Source: Rozella allomycis CSF55
Taxonomy: Eukaryota
Length of the DNA: 55,366 nucleotides
Direction of reading: 5' to 3'
Assembly (NCBI GenBank): GCA_000442015.1
Contig: KE560765.1
Span: 1 to 55,366, forward strand
Shown piece after piece: positions 35,329 through 46,622 of the stretch (position 1 is its first letter; the number at the start of each line of letters is the position of its first letter). The position numbers and the translations under genes were made by a program. Under the pieces are notes generated by a model. It was not told the origin of the DNA. It worked only from the letters and a program-made list of their open reading frames with translations, and made no database searches.

Positions 35329-36975
35329 ATGTTAGGAAACGAAGAGCAAGAAAGAAACAAGTTGGAATCTTCAAATAATAGTCTGACAATAACAGACAAC
35401 AGGACTGGTTTGACTTATGCGCTTCCAATTGTTGATGGAACTGTTAATGCGCTCCTATTTAAGAATATAACTATTCCTGGCCAACTAGAAGGAATAAGGT
35501 AAATATTTAACTACAGTTCAAGAGAATATTTGACCCGGCCTATCAAAATACTGCAGTAGTGAGATCATCGATATGCTACATTGATGGCGAAAAGGGGGTG
35601 TTGGAGTATAGGGGATATCCTATTGAGCAGTTGGCTGAAAAATCTACGTTTCTGGAAGTGGCGTACCTGCTGATATATGGGGACCTTCCTGATGCTGTAA
35701 ATTATATTGACGGTTGAAAATGTAGGATCAATTGAAAGATTGGAGTGATCAAGTAATGAGACACACGTTTGTACACGTGAATTTTAATGAGCTGATGAAA
35801 AGCTTCAACTATGATGCGCATCCTATGGGAATGTTCATTTCATCGTTGGCTGTAATGTCAACGTTTCATCCAGAAGCGAATCCATCTTTAGTTGTAATTA
35901 TTTGACATCTTACAAATAGGACAATGACATTTTCATTAAAGATGAAAAGATAAGAAACAAGCAATTCAAAAGGATTCTTGGCAAGGTGACTACCATCGCA
36001 GCAAATGCTTATCGACATCGCATTGGACGGCCATTTAATCTGCCACAGAATCACATGACGTACACTGAAAACTTTCTGTACATGATGGACCGTCTTGCTG
36101 AAAAAGACTACAGAGTAACTCAGTTGAAACGGTTATGACGAAAGCCCAATCAAAGATTGTCGAGAATACTTGATATTTTATTTATTCTCCACGCTGACCA
36201 TGAATTGAATTGCTCTACAGCTGCCATGAGACATATTGGATCATCTTTGGTTGATCCATATAGCGCCTGCGCTGGTGCCGCGTCTGCATTGTATGGCCCC
36301 CTCCATGGCGGTGCAAACGAAGTAATGACAAATTTTGAATTCAAAAGGCTGTTTTAAGAATGTTGGAAGAAATAAAAGATCCTTCCAACGTTTCCGAGTT
36401 TTTAATTCAAGTAANTTTCCGAGTTTTTAGTTCAAGTAAAAGAAAAGAAGAAGAAATTGATGGGATTTGGCCACAGAGTTTATAAAAATCATGATCCAAG
36501 GGATAAAATTATAAGAAAACTGGCCTATGAAGTAAATTTAGTTTTATGTAATTAGATTGGTGTTTGATATTGTTGGAAGAGAACCTCTGATTGACGTTGC
36601 TGTTGAACTTGAGAGACAGGCGTTGGAGGATGACTATTTTGTCAGTAGAAAACTTTATCCAAATGTCGACTTTTATTCTGGATTGATTTACAAAGGTAAT
36701 TAATAAAACATTTGTGTTTAAAAGCGATGGGATTTCCAACAGACTTCTTTCCAGTTCTCTTTGCAATTCCAAGAGTAGCTGGATGGTTGGCCCATTGGAA
36801 AGAATCATTAAGTGACCCACAAAGCAAAATATGGCGTCCAAGACAAATCTATTCAGGGGAAAAGACAAGAGATTACGTTGAGATTAACAAGAGAATTCCA
36901 ACTGGCATTAATTTAACAAAGAGTGATGGTCATCCATACAACAAGAGAAGCTACGTTGCAACATTTTCTAAATAA
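35329..36975 (+). CDS. Citrate synthase, bacterial/plant-peroxisomal type; 7 introns
   Basis: [64 protein letters not shown]. Confidence 0.95.
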
Positions 36976-37006
36976 ATATTAATTGAAATGAAAAAATAGA
37001 TTTTAT

Positions 37007-37887
37007 TTAAGCGCGATCTTGGATTTCCTTCAAACGAAGAGCTTCCTTCTTTGCTTGTTTGATCATAGCCTTGTGTCCCATGATACCACCGCCCCATTGT
37101 CTACGAACTTCATCAAACTTGTCATTGTAGTTTGCCTTGACAGCTGAAACAAGGGCGTTCAATTCTTGCTTGTCTTCAGCTTTAACTTCAGTCAAAGCCA
37201 AAGCAGTAGCGGTCTTCTTATGCACAACGGTTCCGAGACGAGCCTTTCCCTTGACGATAGCATATGGAACTCCCATCTTGCGGCAAAGAGCTGGCAACCA
37301 GACGACCAATTCAATTGGATCAACATCATTAGCAATGAGAACAAGTTGAGCCTTTTTGTTTTCAATCAAGGCAGTGATATGGTTCAATCCGTACTTGACC
37401 ATAACTGGCTTCTTTCCTTGGTTGACAGTCTTTCCTTCAGCAACTTGTTGAGCAGCAGAAGCAAGTCTCTCCTTTTTCTGGATTTTGGTTTCTGGACGGT
37501 ACTTGTTCAACAATTTAAATGCTTGGGTAGCTATAAATAAAAGAAAATATGTTTAAATACCAGTGTTCTTATCCAAGACACGAGTGAATTGGTTGATGGA
37601 TGGTGGAACCTTTAAACGCTTCTTGAGAACAGCACGTTGTCTTTGCAAACGAATGTAAAATGGCCACTTGATGACGCGAGAAAGATCGCGCTTTGGCTGG
37701 ATGTCTTGACCGATTCCAAAGTTGCGTGGTGTTTTTTCAACCAAAGGATTTACAGCCTTTTTAACTGGTTTCTTGCTTTTGATTGGAGCAGATGCGACTT
37801 TTTTGGAAACCTGGAATTAATATTTGCTTATTTAATAGATTTTTAAATAAATTTGAATAAAGAATTTAAAGTAACTGTTCCTACCAT
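37007..37887 (-). CDS. RPL7A: 60S ribosomal protein eL8 (L7a); 2 introns
   Basis: [36 protein letters not shown]. Confidence 0.97.
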
Positions 37888-38123
37888 TTTTTTCTGCAAG
37901 GGTTGGGAGGCTGGGTAATTCAGAAAATGTAGAAATTTTGGACAAGTTGAAAATGCGCAAACTTTAAGTGTTGAATGTGAAATATATTTAAATTAAATAA
38001 AGTGATAAGAATATCAATAGGTTACAAGTGATGATCATGGATGCTTGAGATATTTTTTCTTTAGGAAATTTCTAAAACATAATTTCATAAACTAATATAA
38101 TATAGAAAGGATTTAACATTGGT

Positions 38124-40264
38124 TTATTCAGAAAGAGTGCGAAACTTTTCTTCAATTTCTTTTGCTAATTTTTGATAGCGCTCAATTAGAGTGCTTTCAC
38201 CATCAGCTGGATCCTAAGTTGAAAAGAGAAGAATAAATGTACTTCAAACTTCATAGAGCTTAATTTGTAGATTAAATCGCCCATTCCATCTTTAATTCTG
38301 GCCCAAGAAAGAGAGCCACCAGAAGTTTCAATTGCATGCACAGCTTGATTGTAGAAACCAATCATGTTTCTGAGCATCCAAACAGTTTTATAGAATGGAC
38401 AATAGCGATCATAATTAGAGTAACCATTTTGTTGTAAGAAATCATCTTTAATAATTTTAGCGACTTCCAGGGTGACTTTATCAGATTCAGCCAAAGCAGA
38501 TTTTCCAACTAATTGAACAATTTCAGATAAATCTTCTTCAGTTTGTAAAATTTCTTTGCATTTTGTTCTTAAAGAAACAAATTCAGAATCAAAATTTTCA
38601 TAGTAAGGATCTAACGCTTTCATGTATTTGGAATAACTGAGAGACCAATTAACAGAAGGGAAATGTTTTCTTTGAGCCAATTTCTTATCTAAACCCCAAA
38701 ACACTTGAACAATTCCAAGGGTTGCTGAAGTGACTGGATCTGAAAAATCNGGGTTGCTGAAGTGACGGGATCTGAAAAATCACCACCAGGGGGTGAAACT
38801 CTATTTTTATTTAATTTAAAATTAATTTACGCTCCAACAATGCTAACACTTCCTTCTCTCTGTGGATTACCAAGACAAACAACTTTCCCTGCTCTTTCAT
38901 AGAATGAAGCTAAACGTGCACCCAAATAAGCTGGATATCCACTATCAGCTGGCATTTCAGCTAAACGCCCAGAAATTTCACGCAACGCTTCAGCCCATCG
39001 TGATGTACTATCAGCCATCTTATTAATAAACAAATTCAATTCTTACCATTGCTACATTCTTTCCTTGATCTCTAAAATACTCAGAAAGAGTAATTCCAGT
39101 ATAAATAGACGCTTCTCTAGCAGCTACTGGCATATTTGATGTATTCGCAACAAGAGTCGTTCTATTCATAATACTCACATCCGCTCCCTTGTGTTTAATT
39201 GATAAACTTGGAAAATCCATCAAAACTTCAGCCATTTCATTTCCTCTCTCTCCACACCCAACATAAATAATAACATCTGAATTTGAATATTTAGATAACG
39301 ATTGCGAAATCACAGTCTTTCCACACCCAAACGCACCTGGAATAGCTGTAGTTCCTCCTTGCACACATGGAAACAATGCATCCAACACTCTCTGTCCTGT
39401 CAACAATGGATAATCAGCTGCCAACTTTTCAGAAACTGGTCTTGGCGTTCTAACAGGCCACACTTGCATCATCGTGTATTGACTCTTTTGTCCCATAAAT
39501 TCTGTCTCCAAAACAACATCATTCAACGTGTAACTTCCTTGTGGCGCTATATACGTAATAGTCCCCTTGGCCTTTGGTGGCAAGATTATGTTATGCTCAA
39601 CCAGCGTGTTTTCATGCACAATTCCATAAATGTCACCTCCAGTAACATGATCTCCAACCTTTCTTGTCTCATATTTAAATTTACTCTCAATTTTCCAGGC
39701 ACAAATTCCCATGATACAGTCTTATCCAACGCTGATGTATTTATTCCTCTGGGAATGTAAATACTTTTAGATGCATCTTGAATAGCCTTTCATTAAATAA
39801 CACATTCCTTACTTTGAGTGGTCGTTGAATCCCATCATATATATTACTACACAAACCAGGTCCCAATTCAACAGACAAAGGCTGTCCAGTCTTCAAAACA
39901 GGATCCCCAATCGTCAATCCAGCTATTTAACACCACCAACTCTTCTTACACGTTTCCTCATAAACCTGTATAGTTGCTTTATCTCCTTCTATTCTAATCA
40001 CCTCTCCAACCAATTCCAAATGCCCTACACGCACCTATACCACACTCCTCATCCTATTACCAATTCATACATGGCAGATCCAGTCATATTCTCAGCTATC
40101 ACAACTACTTTCCTCACATCCACAAACCATACCTGGCCCAGACACCGAATACACATATCCATACTCATACGCATGCAATTCCGAATCAAGGATTTTCGGC
40201 AACTCCCTTTTAGCGTTCTCCAGTGCTCCTGCCTTGATTCATCGCCATTCATTACAATTACCAT
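38124..40264 (-). CDS. VMA1: V-ATPase catalytic subunit A; about 8 introns; no intein
   Basis: [46 protein letters not shown]. Confidence 0.97.
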
Positions 40265-40365
40265 TGACCAGGGTTATCAAGCAAACACTGTCGCATATCA
40301 AACATTAAAAAAATTATCTCACATCTATTTTATTCATAGTGGTTGCAGATCTTGAAAAATCATAA

Positions 40366-41562
40366 ATGAATTTTCCCGCTTGGTCAACTATAGAAAGCGA
40401 GCCGGCGATATTCACGGGAATCTTGCAGGAACTCGGTGTGCAGGATGTCAAGGTGGAGGAAATATACTCGCTTGACAAGTCCAGCTTTGATCCGTTCGAG
40501 TACGCTCTTGGTGTTTTGTTGTTAGTGTAGTCTATGGACTGATATTCTTGTTCAAGTGGAATGAAGATGCAAACAAGGCAAAAGCAATTAGTGTTTGCGA
40601 AAATAATGTTTATTTTGCGAAACAGATCGTTGATAACGCGTGTGCGACGCAGGCTGTTTTGAGCATTGTGTTGAATAGAGATGATGTTAGTATTGGAGAT
40701 GATTTGCTACAGTTTAAAGATTTGACAAGGAATCTTACACCACAAGTAATTCTTTAGTGGTCAAGTGAAAGGAAAAAGGAGCGGCGATTGGGAGATCAGA
40801 ATTATTGAGGAAAGTTCATAACAGTTTTACAGCGTAATTATATTTATAAAGATTTTTCAGCAATTTCGAAACCGAAAATAATTACAGAAGGGAAAAATCG
40901 ACCAAGAAAACTCGTGAAATGCAAGTTGAATATGATGCATATCATTTCATAGCCTACGTTCCCGTTAACGGATATCTTTTTGAATTAGATGGACTGAATA
41001 ACGGNNNNNNNNNNNNNNNNNNNNNNNNNNNNNNNNNNNNNNNNNNNNNNNNNNNNNNNNNNNNNNNNNNNNNNNNNNNNNNNNNCGACTGGCTAGATCT
41101 CGCAATCCCATGTATCATTCAACGCACATGTATGTATGAATCTTCAGAAATACGATTCAATTTAATGGCTCTAATTAAAGATAAACGAATCCAGTTTAGC
41201 AATATTCTCGAAAAAATCCAAACGTTGATTCAGGACTCTCAACTTGAATTGTCTAATGAAGAGAACAGCTTTTATGAAAAAATGATTCTCAAAGAAGACG
41301 CAAATTATTTAAGAGAATTTTTGAATAGCCTGGAAGGTAATGAAAAGGCGAAATTTTTGGCCTCGTTGAATGGAACCTTTAGAAAATTCTCAAATAAATT
41401 AACTAATGAGCAAGACATTTTGAAATCATATCAAGTAATAGTCTTCAATAAAACTTATAGGACAATAATCAGAGAATGAAGAAAGGTTATGCAGAGTTTA
41501 TAAAAGAGTACATCAAAATTTTACACAAGAATAATGAGCTACAGGATTTAATAAAAGGTTAA
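40366..41562 (+). CDS. UCHL5: Ubiquitin C-terminal hydrolase UCH37/UCHL5; 4 introns; spans an N gap
   Basis: WSTIESEP, GLIFLFKW, QIVDNACATQA, YHFIAYVP, FELDGL, IRFNLMA. Confidence 0.9.
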
Positions 41563-41579
41563 TTTATTCATTAATACGT

Positions 41580-43024
41580 TTATTCAGAGTCGCTGTAATT
41601 TTCTTCAACAAAAAGGATCGATGATGGACAAAGCCCTGCCTTTACAAGGGTTACGTCCATGTCCAAAAGTTGCTTTTTAGGCATACTTGTGCATAAATGA
41701 TAATTCATTTCCAATGGAACTACATCCATACCTTCCAAGAAATCATACAAATCCTTTCATAATCGTCAGCTAATTTTACTTTCACAGTGTCAGAGGATTT
41801 GAATTTCCGTTGAATTTTAGTTCCATCTGATAGTCGAATCAGAATCCTGCAAATATCTCCTTGGTCAGTTATCTCATTCTTGAACTTTTCCTTTAATTCA
41901 AGTCTTTTTCTTTTTCTTTCTTCCAAAATTCTTTTAGCTTCATTCTCTCGATTTAGCTTTTCTATTCTTTCCATTTCCTTTCTCTTCTTTTTTTCTTCAT
42001 CGGCTCTGAGTGATGCCAAATAAGCATCATTTTGCTCGTCTCGAATTGACCTTTCAGATTCACGACGCCTATTATTGTCTCTTTCAGTTACTAAAGCTTG
42101 ATTGAATTCGTCTATTCTTTCCTTGAATGTCTCAATCATTGTATCCTTTTCTATTTCACCTTTAAAAGCTGACAGAATTTGCAAGCGATTTTGTTCGGTT
42201 GCAACAGCCAAGGCGAAAAATGGATATTTAGGAACTTTGAGGATTCTATCAGCGACTGTATTAGAGGATTCAGTAATTTACAGTCATAAGCAAGGGAATA
42301 AGTGACATCGCCTCCCCAAATCATAATCTCATTCTCAACAAGAAATTCTTTGAAGCGTTCAGACGCTACGACATTCCTTTTTTAAACCTCGAAACAAATT
42401 ACTTTGCAACATTGTCACAATCTGGTATTCCATCATTGTGCAAATAGAATATCATATACTTTGAATCTTCTATTGCCTTTTTGATCATCTGTATAGTAAC
42501 AAAGTTGTTTTTTACGAGTGAAGGTGTTCNTTACCAGCGAAGGTGTTCCAATGAAGAATTTAGGTGGCTCTAAATTATATTTGCCCCTAAAGTAATTTAT
42601 GAAGCCTTCTGATGATTGATGCTTTGTTGGAGGCAAAATAGCCCTTATTGGAGCGAAAATCCAATTCACTAATATAAGAAATTAGATTTAGTTTACGTAT
42701 AGTTTCTAAAACACCATAAAAAATGTTTGACACGTAACGAATGGTTCTCCAAATATATGACGTGGCCGTTGTTTTAGGAGCATGCATTTCATCGTTAGTT
42801 TCAACCTTGTCCGTGTTATTGTCTAAAATAGCGTTAATGGCATCCTATTTATTAGATAACACTACTAGGTACTTGAACTTGCCAATTATTTTCCTCGAGA
42901 ATTTTCACAGCTAAATCAAAATCATCAATTTCTGTGACAGACTGAAAAATGACAGAGAATATAAGTTTACTAGAACGAGCTCGACTTTTTCTTGTTCCTC
43001 TTGGTTGAAAGATCTACATGACAT
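41580..43024 (-). CDS. UBA-UAS-UBX protein (FAF2/Ubx3-like)
   Basis: N-terminal UBA-like segment, WGGDV, YPFFAL, IRDEQNDAYLASLRADEEK, IRLSDGTKIQRKF. Confidence 0.85.
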
Positions 43025-43076
43025 TTTCTAGAAATTTCAAAAGAACAAATTAGCCAAAAATGTAATTATTTTATGT

Positions 43077-44845
43077 TTATTTTACTAAAAATGCTGATAA
43101 ACCTTTCCTACAAATTGAAGCTGCGTCTTCAAGTAACTTTTCCTTTTCAGGAGTCCATAGATATTGTTTGGCAATCTTTTCATTCATAAATTGAGATCCA
43201 AACATATTTTGATATAGCAATTTCTCTTCAATTAATCTATATAAACTAGCCAAAATATTTTTACTTTGAGAATTCGCTAGAATCGCCTTGACCAGAGCAT
43301 AGTATGATTAATGAATTTTCAGGACAGAAATCATATATAGATTTAATCTGATCATCAAATTCTTTTAAATATTTAATTCTGGTTTCTTCATCTTTATCTT
43401 TTAAATTTTGGTAAGCCATCATAGTTTTTAATCTAGTCCAAATGAAATCTGCCTTTTCAAGTGATTCTTTAATGTTTGATAAATGTTTATCTGGATCGTT
43501 AGAATCATAACGAATGTAATGCTCAACATCCTTTTCATGCCACATCAAAGAATCAACAATTGCTGATTTCTTATTAAAAGATGAAAGCTTTTTAAACAAT
43601 GAGATTGCGTTTAATTTATTTTTACCAAAAGCTTTCCCTTTTTGGATTTTAAGTTTGGTGAGTTTAAGAGCAGCTAAAGCATCTTCTCTTGGGTCGTGTC
43701 CGTCTAATTTTTGTTGAATTTCGCTGTTTAGAAATCTCTGCGCTAAAAATTTTAAAGAAGGTTTCCATCCACGACCTTTACCATGATCAAAAATTACTGA
43801 AGTGTCCACAACGTTTTTATGAATCAATCGAAGTGCGTGCAAATCATTTTCTAATCCATGCCCAATAATAATTGTTTCTTCATGAATAATCTCCAAAATT
43901 TCTTGCTGGACTTGACTCAATGTTTTCGTCGTCTCTTTCAATATTTCTTCAGTTATTCCAGAATATCTTTATAATGATTAGAATTTAAATTTACTCTGTT
44001 AAATAATCAACAACTTTGTGCTCCGGTTTCACAAATTCATCATACAAAACTTTTTCATCAAAGTCCATAATTGTAACTCTGGCACATTCAGAATACTCTG
44101 TCATAACCTTTTGAAATTTCAAACTATTAATTTACCATTTCACAGTCTATAACAACAATATCTTTACTTTTATGCCCTTTAACTGATTTGCACGTTGAAA
44201 TATATCCAACTTGTACTAATTCATCAACTAGTTCATCGAATGTTTTATCATCGTTTATTTCTCCTTCTTCCACCTCCAACTTTAATCTTTTTCTGGCATT
44301 CTCCTCATTAAAATCATCTTTAAGCAAAGGATTGAAATTGTATGGCGGAAATTTGTTTTCTTCTAATAATTTGGCACTCATCAACAAATCCTTTAATGAA
44401 ATTAATTGTGACGCCTCTCTTTGGCTCTCTTTGAACTGTTCTTTACTAAGTTTCGATGTCAATAAATCATCAATATAACTATACACTCGGTTTCTCTCCC
44501 CTGGCGTCTTGGTTCCTACAAATTGAATAATCTTTTCATTCAAAAATGACATTTCTGAAGGAACATCATACAATGACATTTTTTCGTCTTTTTGAACTAG
44601 AAGCGATGGCGTGAATCCGGGCGTTATTAAAATGATAATCTTATTAAATTTCGCCTTGTTCTACTTAAATCTTAGCATTCCAGTTACTTTGACAAAAATC
44701 CAATTCTGATTAATCCCATCTGTCCATATCCACTCAACTACCTCTCGGACTTTCTATATTAATATCTCAAAATTTATACCGCGGTTGTTATGTCTTGTTT
44801 CAGGAACTCTGGCATCAACTTTACCGAAGGGAACTTCTTCTTCAT
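43077..44845 (-). CDS. DEDDh RNA exonuclease, REX1/RNH70-like; 5 introns
   Basis: IDCEMV, VDYLT.YSGIT, IGHGLENDL, VVDTS, GHDPREDA. Confidence 0.9.
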
Positions 44846-44974
44846 GAAATACTGTGCCACAAGAACAAACGAGGGAATACAAATCATTAAATGATTATTG
44901 GAAACTATTGCTTGGAGTCCAAACTTATTCTTAAATATTGGGTTACAATACTATGAATTGCATCAGTAGCTTTA

Positions 44975-46045
44975 TTATTTTAAAATTTTTGAAGAGCCAT
45001 TGGTATTAGTACCTTTGGCACTTTCCACTTTGGAACCACCGTCGCTATATAATTTTTTAGTGAAAAATTCATCAATATACTTATTTAAAGCCACTAATTT
45101 GGTCCCAAATATCGGGACAAACCTTGACATGTCGTCAGCCGTACCAAAGAGAAACATCATACCAGTACCCATGGAAGAAAGATGCAACTGGGTAATAGGA
45201 ATAACTTGGAAAATAGTGAATTCCGGGTTAAGAAAAGACAAAATGATCTCACATGCCATCATGATACCCGTTAAAAATGAAAAAACCCCTAATGTCACGC
45301 AAGTAAATACCATTTGTGGTTTCAATGCGGATCTCGCTCCGTGATGTTTTAACTGAGAGCTATTTCTTGCAATAATCTTAATAATTGGATACAGAAAGAT
45401 AGGAATCGCTAATGTAACCGCAAAATCTACTAATGTATTAAGAGAAAAAGTTCTATATCGATAAATGTCGACCATACAGTAAAAACCTGAAAATACATGA
45501 AGTGATTTGGATCCAGAATTTTGCGCTTCAATGGAATAGACAAGTTCAATAGCGGCTAAAAATGCAGGGATTACGAAGCATATTATCAATGAAATCCCCC
45601 ACAATTTTCTAGAGTCTTCAAAGAATATTTTGCTGCAGATGTTTCTAAATGTACCAAATGTTGCAATAGTTTTAGTGCACGCTAAGTAGAGTATAAGAAA
45701 ATAGATAAATAGCATGTATACCAATCCATTCAGAAGAAACATTATAAATGTCCCCGATAAAATACAAGTCGACTCTTGAAAGATATTATAGGAATAGTCC
45801 TTTGTTGGAAGTTCATCCGCTGTGGAGTTAAAAAGAGTGTAAAATCCTGATACAATCATTGTTGAATGAAGCAGTAACATAAAGATTATCGACCAGAAGT
45901 AATACGGATATGCTGGTTTGCTGATCGTAAGTTTGTGTGTCAAATTGTAATGAAACAACCTAATGGTTGCAACGAGCAAAATACCCGAATTGATTAATGA
46001 ATTGGTATGCAAAAATAATAGCACCCAAATATATGGCCTGTACAT
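44975..46045 (-). CDS. Intronless 7TM, GPCR-like membrane protein
   Basis: About seven hydrophobic segments; Cys at the start of TM3 and in a later loop (FYCMV). Confidence 0.65.
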   Translation of the reverse strand: MYRPYIWVLLFLHTNSLINSGILLVATIRLFHYNLTHKLTISKPAYPYYFWSIIFMLLLHSTMIVSGFYTLFNSTADELPTKDYSYNIFQESTCILSGTFIMFLLNGLVYMLFIYFLILYLACTKTIATFGTFRNICSKIFFEDSRKLWGISLIICFVIPAFLAAIELVYSIEAQNSGSKSLHVFSGFYCMVDIYRYRTFSLNTLVDFAVTLAIPIFLYPIIKIIARNSSQLKHHGARSALKPQMVFTCVTLGVFSFLTGIMMACEIILSFLNPEFTIFQVIPITQLHLSSMGTGMMFLFGTADDMSRFVPIFGTKLVALNKYIDEFFTKKLYSDGGSKVESAKGTNTNGSSKILK

Positions 46046-46076
46046 TCAATTGTTTCTATGGAGACTTGAATATAAT

Positions 46077-46602
46077 TTATTCGTCAAAAGCTTGATTATC
46101 ACCATCATTAACGTCGTTTAGTAATGGAATTCCAAACAACCCTCTCCAAAGATTTATTATATCATCTTCATAATCGTTTTCAATTGCGAAATCTAATACC
46201 TAATTGAAGAGAAATTGTGCTTCGATACCGATAGTCCCGCATGGTCCTTTAATAAATGATTTGCTCCACGTGAAATTAACATCTGTGCTATTTCAATATT
46301 TTCGCAGTAAAATAGGCAGTTTCCTCCTTCATTATCAGTTAAATTTATATCAGCGTTCCTTTGAAGAAGATATTCTATAACATCAAGATGATCGTATGCC
46401 ACAGCTGCAGCGCTAGAAAATAATATTCACAAGATATACTTACAGAGGAAAGTATCCATTGTCATCTTTTGCGTTGGGTGAGAATCCCTCGTTTTCAATA
46501 TAGTGTTTGACCATAGTCACATCTCCGTCACCGACATGAATTTAATATATAATCGATACTTGCGGCGATCCAAATGTTTAGTTTTTCATGAGTAGAAACC
46601 AT
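46077..46602 (-). CDS. Small ankyrin-repeat protein (yeast YCR051W-like); 3 introns
   Basis: NIWIAASDGD, PNAKDDNGYFPL.AAV.YDHLDVIEYLL, DNEGGNCLF. Confidence 0.8.
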
Positions 46603-46622
46603 AAAAAAAGTAGAATAATGTT

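Noticed and set aside
39240-39270. VMA1 intein site
   Set aside because: [11 protein letters not shown] is uninterrupted, so there is no intein
41005-41085. N run in UCH37
   Set aside because: Assembly gap
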